Positions 27,386 through 37,011 of a stretch of DNA of 64,000 nt are shown here, in pieces. The stretch's first letter is position 1, and each line of letters begins with the position of its first letter. A program made the position numbers and the translations under genes. Origin of the DNA: an uncultured Anaerolineaceae bacterium (GTDB lineage Bacteria; Planctomycetota; Phycisphaerae; FEN-1346; JAACEH01). The notes under the pieces are model-generated. The model saw nothing but the letters and a program-made list of their open reading frames with translations, was not told where the DNA came from and ran no database searches. The DNA lies in contig CAZCOA010000004.1 in NCBI GenBank assembly GCA_964500225.1, positions 6,479 to 70,478 on the forward strand, given 5' to 3'.

Positions 27386-28060
27386 TCAATGTGGTCGGGA
27401 TTCCTTGGCTGCCTGGTGACGGGCGATCTTGCCGCCGACCATGTAGATGACGTCCTCGGCGATGTTGGTCGCATGGTCGGCAATGCGTTCCAGGTGCCGC
27501 GACACCGCCAGGACATTCAGACGCCCCGGAGCCAAGCGGCCCTGGCCGACAATTTCGGACCGGACGATCTCATAGACGCGACGGTTCAACTCGTCCACGC
27601 GGTCGTCTTCGTCGCACACGCGGCGTGCCAGTTCGCCGTCCATGCGGATCAGGGCGTCGATTCCCTGTTTCAGCATTGCCTGGGTGATCCGCACCATCTC
27701 GGAAATCTCCTCGGGCACCTCGCCGCACTCCTCGTCGCGGCACGAAATCGCCCGCTCCGCGATGTTCGCCGCCAGATCCCCGACGCGCTCGAGGTCGTTG
27801 TTCATCTTCAGCGCCACCACGATGAACCGCAGATCGATCGCCACAGGCTGATGCAAGGCGAGGATTTTGAGGCATTCCTCCTCGATGTCGATTTCGAGCA
27901 AGTCGATTCGCTCGTCATCGGCAATGACCGCCGCCGCCAATTCGGTGTCTCCCGTGGCGAACGCCGTTGCCGCGCGGCTCAGGCTCTCCTCCACCATGCC
28001 GCACAAGTGCAGGAGCTTGTCCTTGAGCTTCTCGACCTCGCGTTGGAAATGGACGGTCAT
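27386..28060 (-). CDS. phoU: Phosphate transport system regulator PhoU
   Basis: Two PhoU repeats (DLRFIVVALKMNNDLERVGDLAANIAE and LAVSRHLERIADHATNIAE). Start at MTVHFQREVEKL. Confidence 0.85.
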   Translation of the reverse strand: MTVHFQREVEKLKDKLLHLCGMVEESLSRAATAFATGDTELAAAVIADDERIDLLEIDIEEECLKILALHQPVAIDLRFIVVALKMNNDLERVGDLAANIAERAISCRDEECGEVPEEISEMVRITQAMLKQGIDALIRMDGELARRVCDEDDRVDELNRRVYEIVRSEIVGQGRLAPGRLNVLAVSRHLERIADHATNIAEDVIYMVGGKIARHQAAKESRPH

Positions 28061-28099
28061 TTTCTTCGCTCCTCTCGCGTCCCGCACTCCGCCACGATT

Positions 28100-28963
28100 C
28101 TATCCAAACCTTCCGGTAATGTAATCCTCGGTCCGTTTCTCTTTGGGATTCGTGAACACATCGCGGGTGGAACCGAATTCGATCAGGGCCCCCTCGTAGA
28201 AGAAGGCCGTCATGTCCGACACACGCGCCGCTTGCTGCATGTTGTGCGTCACGATGACGATCGTGTAGTTGCCGCGGAGTTCCTCGATCAGATCCTCGAT
28301 GCGGGCCGTGGATCGCGGGTCCAGGGCCGAGCACGGCTCGTCCATGAGGATCACCTCCGGCTCGACGGCCAGCGCCCGCGCCAGACACAGACGCTGTTGC
28401 TGGCCGCCCGACAGACCCACGGCATTGTCGCCGAGACGGTCCTTGACCTCGTCCCAGAGGGCTGCCGCCGTGAGGCTCTGCTCGACGATCTCCTGGAGCC
28501 GCGCGCGGTCCCGGATGCCTTGTAGCCGCGGCCCATAGGCCACATTGTCGAAAATGCTCTTGGGAAATGGATTCGGACGCTGGAACACCATGCCCACACG
28601 CGTCCTGAGGGCAACCACATCCACCCGCGGAGCGTACACGTCCTGGCCGTCCAGGGTAAGCAACCCCTCGGCCCTGCACCCTGGAATCAGATCGTTCATG
28701 CGGTTGATCGCGCGCAGAAAGGTGCTCTTGCCGCAACCGCTCGGCCCGATGATCGCCGTGACCTGCCCCGTGGGAATGGCCAGGCATACATCCTTGACAG
28801 CCTGGCTCTGCCCGTAATAGATGGAGAACTTTTCGGCCGTCACGTGGGCAACCGTCGATTCCTGCCCCGTGGCCGCTGCGCCGCCGGTACGCGGCACATC
28901 GGCGCGCCCGGGTCCGTCCTGCCTATTGCTGCCCATCGGTCGTTGCAGGGTGAACGTGTCCAC
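28100..28963 (-). CDS. pstB: Phosphate ABC transporter ATP-binding protein PstB
   Basis: [43 protein letters not shown]. The N-terminus may start later at M10. Confidence 0.9.
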   Translation of the reverse strand: MDTFTLQRPMGSNRQDGPGRADVPRTGGAAATGQESTVAHVTAEKFSIYYGQSQAVKDVCLAIPTGQVTAIIGPSGCGKSTFLRAINRMNDLIPGCRAEGLLTLDGQDVYAPRVDVVALRTRVGMVFQRPNPFPKSIFDNVAYGPRLQGIRDRARLQEIVEQSLTAAALWDEVKDRLGDNAVGLSGGQQQRLCLARALAVEPEVILMDEPCSALDPRSTARIEDLIEELRGNYTIVIVTHNMQQAARVSDMTAFFYEGALIEFGSTRDVFTNPKEKRTEDYITGRFG

Positions 28964-28975
28964 CGGATCGTCCTC

Positions 28976-30352
28976 CTATCCCCTGAGCTTGCGCGAAATT
29001 CTGGCACGAAGCAGAATCGCCGCGACGTTCAACAAGAGCACCAGGCCCACCAGCACCAGCACCATCCCGTACTGCACGTGCCGGATTTCCTCGATGGCCT
29101 GGTTCTCCGAGCAAAGATTGTAGATGTTCCACGGCAGCGCCGGCGTCGGCTGTTGATGAAGCTCGGTTACCGACGGCACCTTGCCCAGGGCCACCGCCGC
29201 CGTGAAGATGATCGGCGCTGTCTCCCCTGCGGCCCGACCCATGCTGATGATGATCCCCGTAAGAATGCCCGGCAGCGCCGCAGGCAGAATCACCGTGACT
29301 ACGGTACGCCACCGCGTTGCTCCAAGGCTCAGCGCCGCCTCCTTGTACGAGTGCGGCACGGCCCGGATCGCCTCCTCCGCCGCCCGGATGATCGTCGGCA
29401 GCACCAGCAGCGCCAGTGTCATCGAGCCCGCCAACACGGTCTTACCGCGAGAGATCCCGAGCACTTGGTTGAACAAGTGCAGGCCGAACAGCGTGTTCAG
29501 GAAGAATGCCAGACCGAACAGCCCGAAGACAATGCTCGGAACGCCGGCCAACGTGCTGACGAATGTTCGGAGCATGCTGACCACGCGGCTGCTGCCGGCG
29601 TATTCGACAAGGTAAATCGCCGTCACGACGCCCATGGGCACGGCAAAGAGCATCGCCCCGACGGTCAGGTAGATCGTTCCAAGCAATGCGGGCCAGATGC
29701 CGCCGAAAATGCTGGCATCCACCGGCTCGTCGGTCAGAAACCGCCAGTTCAGCGTCCATTTGGGCCGCAACATCGCCTCGGCATGGGCCGGCAGGTAGTC
29801 GAAAAGCTTTTCGAGTTTTGTGCCTCGGAACTTCTCGACGCGCGGCGTCCGAACCTTCTTGCCCAACTGCGTTGGGTCGCTGTAATCGTAGTCTTCGATG
29901 GTCAGCAGGCGGTCGATGGTCACCTCGGCGCGGTCCCACCGCGGCTTGCCATAGCGGCTGCGAGGCATTACCGGACGAGGCTCGCCCGGGAATGGTCCCA
30001 ACAACTCCCGAAGCAGCCCTTCGACGGCCTTCAACTGGCCTTGCAGGTCGCGTTTTCTGCGGCCGCTCATCTGATCTATCTCGGCCCGAAACTCTGCGAT
30101 CATGTCGTAAACAGGCTGGCGCGCCTTGGCCGCCTCGGCCACTTCCGCTTTCAGCGCGGCCTCGTCGCCGCGGCCGAAGACATCGAACGTGAACCGCCGA
30201 TTCTCGACCGTCTCGCGGAAAACAAACGCCCCGGCGCCGCGGATGATAATGGGCGTCAGCAGCACCGCCAGCGCAACGGCCATCAGTAGCACGGAGAAAA
30301 TACCGAGCGAGGTAAAACCGCGGTCGAGGATCTTGCGTGACGACAGGTCCAT
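28976..30352 (-). CDS. pstA: Phosphate ABC transporter permease PstA
   Basis: 458 aa polytopic membrane protein. Position between pstC and pstB. EAA-like loop (AAEEAIRAVPHSYKEAALSLGATRW). Confidence 0.85.
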   Translation of the reverse strand: MDLSSRKILDRGFTSLGIFSVLLMAVALAVLLTPIIIRGAGAFVFRETVENRRFTFDVFGRGDEAALKAEVAEAAKARQPVYDMIAEFRAEIDQMSGRRKRDLQGQLKAVEGLLRELLGPFPGEPRPVMPRSRYGKPRWDRAEVTIDRLLTIEDYDYSDPTQLGKKVRTPRVEKFRGTKLEKLFDYLPAHAEAMLRPKWTLNWRFLTDEPVDASIFGGIWPALLGTIYLTVGAMLFAVPMGVVTAIYLVEYAGSSRVVSMLRTFVSTLAGVPSIVFGLFGLAFFLNTLFGLHLFNQVLGISRGKTVLAGSMTLALLVLPTIIRAAEEAIRAVPHSYKEAALSLGATRWRTVVTVILPAALPGILTGIIISMGRAAGETAPIIFTAAVALGKVPSVTELHQQPTPALPWNIYNLCSENQAIEEIRHVQYGMVLVLVGLVLLLNVAAILLRARISRKLRG

Positions 30353-30360
30353 GTTTGGTC

Positions 30361-31578
30361 TTACTTGGCCAGTCTGCCCATTCTTTTATGAGTGCGCCGC
30401 ACGAACCATTCGGCCGCAAAATTGCACAGGAACGACACGATCAACAGGCACAGGGCCATGGCAAAAAGCGAATGATAATGGGCGGCGCCGTACGTCTGGT
30501 CCGTCTCGCCCATTTCCCCGGCAATCGTGGCCGTCAGAGTCCGCACGGGCTCGAGAATGTTGTACCACGGACTGGGGATTTTGGCGGAATTGCCCGCCGC
30601 CATCCACACCACCATGGTTTCGCCGAAAGCTCTCATAATGCCCAGGATCGCCGCCGCAAACAGGCCACTGCCGGCCGCCGGCATGACCACCCTGACCAGC
30701 GTCTCCGCCCGTGTGGCGCCGAGGGCGTAGCTGCCTTCGCGAAGTTCACGTCCAGCGGCCGTCAGCGCATCTTCCGATACGCTCACCACCGTCGGAAGCG
30801 CCATGATGCCGAGAATCAGCGACACGTTCAACGCGTTGGTGCCGCTTACAATGACCAGCGACGAAAGCTTTCCGCCGAGGTACATCAGAAGCGCTAGCTG
30901 AATGCCCGCCACGACGGCTGCCACAACCCACCGAGCAGCCTTCCTGGCAACGCCTTGAAACCTCGACGTAAGAATGTCCGAAGACACCAACGTGACGATC
31001 ATCGCCACCGGTACGCCGACCACCCAGAGCGCGCCGGCGAGCACATGGCCACCGTGGTTCTGAAACAAGGGCGTCAGGATCACCAGGGCAAAGAAACCGA
31101 AGGCCACCGAGGGAATAGCGGCCAGGACCTCGATGATCGGCTTGACGACCTGCCGTATCGAGAATGGAAGTACGTCGCTCAGACAGACCGCCGCAACGAT
31201 GCCCAGCGGAACGGCGAACATCGCGGCACAGATCGTCACCAAGGCGTGATCGACGATGATAGCCAGAGCCCCGAACTCCGGGTTCTCGACGGATGCGGGA
31301 TGCCAGTGAGGACTTGTGAAGAACTCGCTGAACCCGCGAAGCCGGAAGAACGGGACGGCATCGCGAATGATGAAAGCGAAGATGAACAGGACGGCCAGCA
31401 GGCTGCTGGAGGCAATGACAAATAGCAGGCCGTGCCCGAGCCGGCCCAGGACGCCTCGAATGAGGCTCTGGCGACGACTCAGGCACAGCCTTTTCTCCGT
31501 TTGACGCCGGACGCGACGACCTGTGGGACTCTCTGCATCCATCCTCGCTCTGTCCAGGCTCTGCGACATCCGACCCAC
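30361..31578 (-). CDS. pstC: Phosphate ABC transporter permease PstC
   Basis: 405 aa polytopic membrane protein. Loop SEDALTAAGRELREGSYALGATRAETL. Position after pstS. Confidence 0.85.
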   Translation of the reverse strand: MGRMSQSLDRARMDAESPTGRRVRRQTEKRLCLSRRQSLIRGVLGRLGHGLLFVIASSSLLAVLFIFAFIIRDAVPFFRLRGFSEFFTSPHWHPASVENPEFGALAIIVDHALVTICAAMFAVPLGIVAAVCLSDVLPFSIRQVVKPIIEVLAAIPSVAFGFFALVILTPLFQNHGGHVLAGALWVVGVPVAMIVTLVSSDILTSRFQGVARKAARWVVAAVVAGIQLALLMYLGGKLSSLVIVSGTNALNVSLILGIMALPTVVSVSEDALTAAGRELREGSYALGATRAETLVRVVMPAAGSGLFAAAILGIMRAFGETMVVWMAAGNSAKIPSPWYNILEPVRTLTATIAGEMGETDQTYGAAHYHSLFAMALCLLIVSFLCNFAAEWFVRRTHKRMGRLAK

Positions 31579-31606
31579 CCGCCCCTGTCACTGTAGGGCG
31601 CTCACA

Positions 31607-32482
31607 CTAGTACTTCGTCACCGGAACATAACCGATCTTCTCGATGATCTCCTGTCCTTTACGGCTCAGGTGCAGGGTCACGAAGGCGTGTATATGGCTG
31701 CCAAGAGCCGGGTAACCGTTAGTGAACAGGAACAGCGGCCGCGCCACCGGGTACCGCCCCGAGGAGACGGTGTTGTTGTCCGGATACACGCCGTCGATTT
31801 CCAACGCCCGGATGGAATCGTCCAGGAAACCCAGGCCGACGTAGCCAATGGCCGACACCGTGGACTTGATCCGCTCGCGCATCGCAGCCTGTGCTCCCAC
31901 GTACTCGGTGTCCGCGGCCAGTTTGTCATTCTTCATGACCAGCCCTTCGAAGGTCTCGTACGTGCCGCTGCTCGTGTCGCGGCTGATGCGGACGATCTTC
32001 AGGTCGGGGCCGCCCAGTTCGCTCCAATTGTTGATCGCCCCCGTGTAGATGTCATGCACCTGTTTTAGCGTCAATCCGCGGCCGGCAATCGGATTGCTCG
32101 GGTGTACGACAATCGCGATGCCGTCCATGGCCACCACGTGGGCAACGGGGAAAACGCCCTTGTCGGTGGCCGCCTTGAACTCGGCGTCCTTCATAAAACG
32201 CGACATCGACGCGATATCGCAACTGCCGGCAATCAGGGCTTTGGCTCCGTTGCCGCTACCCGACTCGCTCACACTGATCGTCACGCCCGGATTGACCGAC
32301 ATGTAGTACTCGGCGAACGCCTTGGCAATCGGCCCGACCGTCGTGGACCCGTCGATGACGATCTTCGTGTTGCCCTTGGCTTCGTCGGCCGCCACCGTCC
32401 TCACGACGAATGCGGCCTCCACGGCCAACACGGCCGCTAGAACCGCTACCGCCATCTTCGACACGTTCCTGCGTCCTATCAT
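31607..32482 (-). CDS. pstS: Phosphate-binding protein PstS
   Basis: Start set at the internal ATG (MIGRRNVSK...) because it is preceded by an AAGGAG Shine-Dalgarno. Signal peptide. Motifs GSTTVGP, GSGNGAKALIAG and SRDTSSGTYE are typical of PstS. Confidence 0.85.
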   Translation of the reverse strand: MIGRRNVSKMAVAVLAAVLAVEAAFVVRTVAADEAKGNTKIVIDGSTTVGPIAKAFAEYYMSVNPGVTISVSESGSGNGAKALIAGSCDIASMSRFMKDAEFKAATDKGVFPVAHVVAMDGIAIVVHPSNPIAGRGLTLKQVHDIYTGAINNWSELGGPDLKIVRISRDTSSGTYETFEGLVMKNDKLAADTEYVGAQAAMRERIKSTVSAIGYVGLGFLDDSIRALEIDGVYPDNNTVSSGRYPVARPLFLFTNGYPALGSHIHAFVTLHLSRKGQEIIEKIGYVPVTKY

Positions 32483-32520
32483 GGCACACTCCTTTTCTCT
32501 GTCTGAATTGTACGGCTTCA

Positions 32521-32560
32521 TAGTTATCGTTCGTTAACGTCACGTTAGGAATCGGTTAAT
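32521..32560 (-). promoter_or_regulatory. Candidate Pho box: four GTTAnnn 7-mers at 11-bp phasing (AGTTATC/GTTAACG/GTTAGGA/GTTAATC, plus-strand reading) upstream of pstS
   Basis: Direct repeat periodicity of about one helical turn, as for PhoB/PhoP boxes. Located 40-80 nt upstream of the pstS start. The consensus differs from the E. coli CTGTCAT box. Confidence 0.35.
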
Positions 32561-32573
32561 CTCATAACCCGCC

Positions 32574-33968
32574 TCAGAACTTGACCATCAGGTCCAGTTG
32601 CAGACGGTGATAAAAATCGTTGCCCGTGCCGTGGGTGTGAATGTCCTGCTTGTCGCAGAAGAACGTCGCGCCCACCGTGACATTCTTTGACAAACAGTAC
32701 GCCAGACTCACCTTGTGCCCCTTGGCGTCCGTGCCGCCGCCGGCAAAATCGGCATCGGTCAGGGCCGCAAGAACCGCGTCAGGCTCCAGGTCGCGATAGT
32801 CGTAGCTCACCTGCCACTGCCCCGGCTTGGAAGCCTTGCCCACCTGGAAGCCCACCATCCAGCCGAAGTTGTTCTCGTCGGCGAACAGCGTCGGAGCCAC
32901 CTGACCCGGCCTCACCGGCTGGCGGTTCGGACTCTCCGCCTCGGAGTTGACGGCAAGATCCGCATAGATCTTCACCGGCAGCTTGGCCACCGGGAAGCCC
33001 ACCTCGACGAACGGGTTCCAGATGTCGTAGTCCATGCCGTAACGGTTGTTCAAGCGACGAGCGATATCGCCCGTATTACCGGCGAGCCCAGCAAACGGCT
33101 CCACGGGATACCCTTCGACGTTGCCGTAGTTGTAGTAGGACACGCCGGACCGCACATAGACATCCTTGGCGATCTGCGGCAGATCCAGTTGGGCATACAC
33201 CTGCCCGGCCCACAGACTTCCGTCGTTGATGCTGTTCTGGAGGGCGTCGAAATTGCGTTCATCGACCCAGAAACCGCCGCCGTTGAAGAACACGGTCAGG
33301 TTCTCCATCGCCTTGACACTATAGTTGAAGGCGATACCCTCAGGATTCACGTCGCTGTCGAAAATCAGGTCGCTGCCGCCGGCCTTGTAGAACGGGAACT
33401 TCATTCTGCCGAACGTCACCTCCAGGTCCTTGACCTGCTTCGGCCGGTACCTGGCGTACATCAGATCCCACCACACCTGCTTCTGCGCGAACCAGTTGTC
33501 CAGCGTCTGGTTCGTCGAGGTCGGCTCGCCGCCGCCGGTGGCAATCTGCACGCCGACATCCCACTCGTCGTTGACCTCGGCAAACGCCCCAACCCGTGTC
33601 CGAACACGATGCCGCACGCGGGGCCGACGACGATCATTGACCGTTCCGTCGTTGATCCATTCGTGACGGTAGCGAAAATCGCCCTTGAGAGACCACTTGT
33701 TGAACCACGAGTCGGCCGTGGCACGTGCCACCTCTTCCTTGACCAACTCCGCCAGCCGTGTCCGGTCGGCATCCGACAGGCTGCCGCCCGACTCCGCTTG
33801 CACCTTCTGCTTCAGTTCCCCGATCTCCTTCTGCTGATACTGGATGATCCGGTGCAACTCCTCGATCTGCTTCTGTACGTCCTGCTGTTCCGCCAAGGCG
33901 ACCGATGCTGCCGCAAGGCACACTATCATTGCCGTTCCAACAGCCGTCACAGTCCCACACTTGACCAT
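32574..33968 (-). CDS. Putative outer-membrane porin, phosphate-selective OprO/P-like by operon context
   Basis: Start at MVKCGTV..., preceded by AAAGGAG. Signal peptide. An N-terminal coiled-coil segment followed by alternating-residue beta-strand-like sequence ending in an aromatic (…LDLMVKF). Located between phoR and pstS. Confidence 0.55.
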   Translation of the reverse strand: MVKCGTVTAVGTAMIVCLAAASVALAEQQDVQKQIEELHRIIQYQQKEIGELKQKVQAESGGSLSDADRTRLAELVKEEVARATADSWFNKWSLKGDFRYRHEWINDGTVNDRRRPRVRHRVRTRVGAFAEVNDEWDVGVQIATGGGEPTSTNQTLDNWFAQKQVWWDLMYARYRPKQVKDLEVTFGRMKFPFYKAGGSDLIFDSDVNPEGIAFNYSVKAMENLTVFFNGGGFWVDERNFDALQNSINDGSLWAGQVYAQLDLPQIAKDVYVRSGVSYYNYGNVEGYPVEPFAGLAGNTGDIARRLNNRYGMDYDIWNPFVEVGFPVAKLPVKIYADLAVNSEAESPNRQPVRPGQVAPTLFADENNFGWMVGFQVGKASKPGQWQVSYDYRDLEPDAVLAALTDADFAGGGTDAKGHKVSLAYCLSKNVTVGATFFCDKQDIHTHGTGNDFYHRLQLDLMVKF

Positions 33969-34169
33969 GCATTCTCCTTTCATTTCAGACCGTCTATGTC
34001 CTAGTAAGGCCTCACGCCCGCTCGGCACACCGGCTATGCTCGGAGCAATACCTCCCCCGAACACATCCTTGACTTCACTCGGTTCAAAATAGATTGGCAC
34101 TATGAGCTTGGCGCAAACACAAGATTAATTGTGCGCTAACACAGCCCCCCGGGGCGACGGTCCAGACGC

Positions 34170-36023
34170 CTATGAATTGCGAGCTGACTCGCCAGGGCCT
34201 TGTGTGCCGCATTCTCGTCTCAGTTCGACATTTCCGCCTATGGGCAAATGAAGCGTAAAAACGGATCCCTTGCGAGGCGTGCTCTGAACGCTCACGCGAC
34301 CGCCGTGCGCTTGAAGAATGTGCTTCACAATGGCCAGCCCGAGGCCGGTTCCGCCGAGCTTGCGGCTGCGGGCCTTGTCCACACAGAAGAACCGCTCGAA
34401 GATGCGCGGCAAATACTCCGCGGGGATGCCGCACCCGTGGTCCTGTACCACGACACGGGCCTCTTTCTCGTCGCACTCGACCACGACCCGAACCTGGCTG
34501 CCCGGCTCGCTGTACCGGATCGCATTGTCGAGCAGATTGCGAACGGCTTGCTCCACCAGATGGCTGTTGATTGTCGCCTCGATATCTTCCGGACAGACCA
34601 CCTCGATGCTGATCCGGGCCTCGGCGGCCTTCGCGCGGCAACTGGCCACCGCGGCCTGCACCGGCTCGGACAGGCTGGTTCGCGTCATGGCAACCCGGCC
34701 GCGCTCCGCGTCCTGCTCAATCGCCGACAGGCTTAGGAGGTCGTCCACGATGGCGTTCAGCCGCTCGGCCTGGCGGGCGATGATTGACAGAAAGTGACGC
34801 GCCGTTGGGCCGTCCTCAATCGCCCCCTCGGTGAGCGTCTCGACGAAGCCTTGAATCGACGTGATCGGCGTCTTCAACTCGTGACTGACGTTGGCTACGA
34901 AGTCGCTGCGCATCCGCTCCAGCCGCCGCAGTTGCGTCACGTCGCGCAGCACTACCAGGGTGCCGCAATGCATACCTTGTTCATCGTGCATAGCACTGCT
35001 ATGCACCTGAAGCTGAAGGTTGCCGCCCTCGCGGCGAAGCGAAAGCTCTTCGTCCACCTCGCGTTGGGCTTCTCGCGCACGCGTCACAAACTCGTACATG
35101 TCGGGGTTGCGCACCACCTCGCTCACGGGACGCCCGGCAACGACGGCAGCATCCACGCCCAGCATCTCCGCAGCGGCCCGATTCATGCTCATCACACGCC
35201 CGCGATCGTCGATCGCTAGCACCCCTTCGGTCATGCTGGACAATACGGCTGCCAGCTCGCGCTGCTGCCGGGTGATCGTCTTGATCCGGCGGTCGAGTTG
35301 CCGGGCCATGCTGTTCAACGCCGCCGCCAGGCCGCCAATCTCCTCCGTGTCGGACACGGGCAGCTTTCGCTCGAAATCGCCTTGGGCAAACCGCTCGGCC
35401 CCCTGCCTCATCTCGACAAGCGGCCGGGCCAGACGACGGGAAATCAGTAGCGCCATCACTCCAGTCAGGGCGACAACCACCACGGCGCCGCTTAGAATCC
35501 GCAGTCCGATATCACGTGTCGCCTTCTTGATTTCCGTCAGGGCCAGACTCGTTCGCAGCGCGCCTACGATCCGGCCGTCGGCCTCCAACGGCACGGCCAC
35601 ATACATCATCCGGATCCCCAGCGTCGGGCTCTCACGCTGGCGTGATTCCACACGCCCGGCCAGTGCCGAGCGGACCTCTGGCCGCGTGCTGTGATCATCC
35701 ATCACGGCCGGATCTTCCTTGGAATCCCCGACCACCACGCCGTCTGGGGTCACCACGGTAAACCGAGTAGCCGTGTCTCGCCCCCATGCCTTGCACAATG
35801 GGTCGATCACGGCTCGCTTCCCAGCGGCATCCCCACCCGCCGTCAGGCCGGCAATGACCTGCGACCGCACCAGATGCGCTTTCTCCAGCAGCTCGCGCTC
35901 CTTCAGCGGATAGTAGAGAACGTCGAACCAGCCCAGAGCGTTGCCGCCCACAGCCAGCGTGCAGATCAGAATAACCAGCAGATAGCTGATATAGAGCTGC
36001 GTCAACAGCCGCTTGGTCGGCAT
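34170..36023 (-). CDS. phoR: Phosphate regulon sensor histidine kinase PhoR-like (TM-HAMP-PAS-HisKA-HATPase)
   Basis: 617 aa. H-box SHELKTP. N/G boxes (NLLDNAIRYS, DHGCGIP, GGTGLGLAIV). Upstream of phoB with a 3-nt gap. Confidence 0.85.
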   Translation of the reverse strand: MPTKRLLTQLYISYLLVILICTLAVGGNALGWFDVLYYPLKERELLEKAHLVRSQVIAGLTAGGDAAGKRAVIDPLCKAWGRDTATRFTVVTPDGVVVGDSKEDPAVMDDHSTRPEVRSALAGRVESRQRESPTLGIRMMYVAVPLEADGRIVGALRTSLALTEIKKATRDIGLRILSGAVVVVALTGVMALLISRRLARPLVEMRQGAERFAQGDFERKLPVSDTEEIGGLAAALNSMARQLDRRIKTITRQQRELAAVLSSMTEGVLAIDDRGRVMSMNRAAAEMLGVDAAVVAGRPVSEVVRNPDMYEFVTRAREAQREVDEELSLRREGGNLQLQVHSSAMHDEQGMHCGTLVVLRDVTQLRRLERMRSDFVANVSHELKTPITSIQGFVETLTEGAIEDGPTARHFLSIIARQAERLNAIVDDLLSLSAIEQDAERGRVAMTRTSLSEPVQAAVASCRAKAAEARISIEVVCPEDIEATINSHLVEQAVRNLLDNAIRYSEPGSQVRVVVECDEKEARVVVQDHGCGIPAEYLPRIFERFFCVDKARSRKLGGTGLGLAIVKHILQAHGGRVSVQSTPRKGSVFTLHLPIGGNVELRRECGTQGPGESARNS

Positions 36024-36026
36024 CGC

Positions 36027-36716
36027 CTAGACATCCTTGAACCGGTAGCCCACTCCCCGAACAGTCTCTATATAATCACTGCAAGGACCGAGCTTCTTGC
36101 GCAGGTTCACAATGTGCACATCGACCGAACGGTCGGTGACGGCAACGTCCCCGCCCTGCGCCCCGTCAACGATCTGGTATCGCGTGAAGACCCATCCCGG
36201 CCGACGCGCCATGAAATGAAGAATACGAAACTCCGTGTGCGTGAGATCGACCGGCCTGCCCTTGACCTTGACTTCGTGCCGCCTCGGATCGATCGTTAGC
36301 TTGCCGACCGTCATGGGAGCCGCTTCGTCGCCCACCCCGTCACGTGGACGCCTGAGTACCGCCTTGATCCGAGCCACGAGCACCCGCGGGCTGAACGGCT
36401 TGGTGATGTAGTCGTCGGCGCCCAGTTCCAACCCCGCCACGACGTCGGCCTCCTCACCTTTGGCCGTCAGCATCACCACCGGAATCGCCTGCGTCTCTGG
36501 GTTGCCCTTGAGCAAGCGACAGACCTCCAGCCCGTCGGTCCCCGGAAGCATCAGATCCAACAGAACGAGGTCCGGCTTCTCCTCGCGGACCACCCGAAGG
36601 GCCTCTTCTCCGCGTGTCGCACATCGCACGGTGAAACCATCGCGGCTCAAGTTATACTTGAGTAGTTCTAAGATATCTTCTTCGTCGTCAACGGCCAAAA
36701 TTCGCTGTTTGCTCAT
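36027..36716 (-). CDS. phoB: Phosphate regulon response regulator PhoB (OmpR family)
   Basis: Receiver domain (ILAVDDE...LVLLDLMLPGTDG...VVMLTAK) plus winged-helix output (LTHTEFRILHFMARRPGWVFTRYQI...VDVHIVNLRKKL). Confidence 0.9.
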   Translation of the reverse strand: MSKQRILAVDDEEDILELLKYNLSRDGFTVRCATRGEEALRVVREEKPDLVLLDLMLPGTDGLEVCRLLKGNPETQAIPVVMLTAKGEEADVVAGLELGADDYITKPFSPRVLVARIKAVLRRPRDGVGDEAAPMTVGKLTIDPRRHEVKVKGRPVDLTHTEFRILHFMARRPGWVFTRYQIVDGAQGGDVAVTDRSVDVHIVNLRKKLGPCSDYIETVRGVGYRFKDV

Positions 36717-36769
36717 GGACTCGCATCCGACACAGGACCTATGGCTTCTCCTGCAAAAGTCTATGCCCC

Positions 36770-36791
36770 GCGTGTTAGCCCCGTGTTAGCA
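36770..36791 (-). promoter_or_regulatory. Tandem 11-bp repeat GCGTGTTAGCC/CCGTGTTAGCA upstream of phoB, with the same GTTA core as the pstS repeats; candidate autoregulatory Pho box
   Basis: Read directly. It lies 55-75 nt upstream of the phoB start, in the phoB/hisD divergent region. Confidence 0.3.
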
Positions 36792-36945
36792 TCTGGCAAG
36801 AAAGCAGTTATGGCTCCAGCCGTTGCGGGAGCATGACTGCCCACGACATTATCTACAAGTCCGCGCCAAGGCAACGAAAATGCTCCCACACACTGCCTAT
36901 ATGTCCCCATATGCCGTCGCTCCTGTCCGGCCGCAAGACAGCCGG

Positions 36946-36974
36946 TTGGCAGAACCATTTACTTTCGCTATAAT
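36946..36974 (+). promoter_or_regulatory. Near-consensus sigma70 promoter TTGGCA-17 nt-TATAAT upstream of hisD
   Basis: -35 at 36946-36951, 17-nt spacer, -10 TATAAT at 36969-36974. A GGAGAG Shine-Dalgarno at about 37001 and a GTG at 37012 follow. Confidence 0.5.
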
Positions 36975-37011
36975 CGCCCTATTAAGCTGTCATGAGGCGA
37001 GGAGAGACTTC

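Noticed and set aside
34111-34136. Imperfect palindrome GCGCAAACACAAGATTAATTGTGCGC upstream of the porin gene, as a possible Pho box or operator
   Set aside because: Its orientation and spacing do not match the GTTA 11-bp pattern seen upstream of pstS and phoB. It is kept only as a note inside the Pho-box finding.
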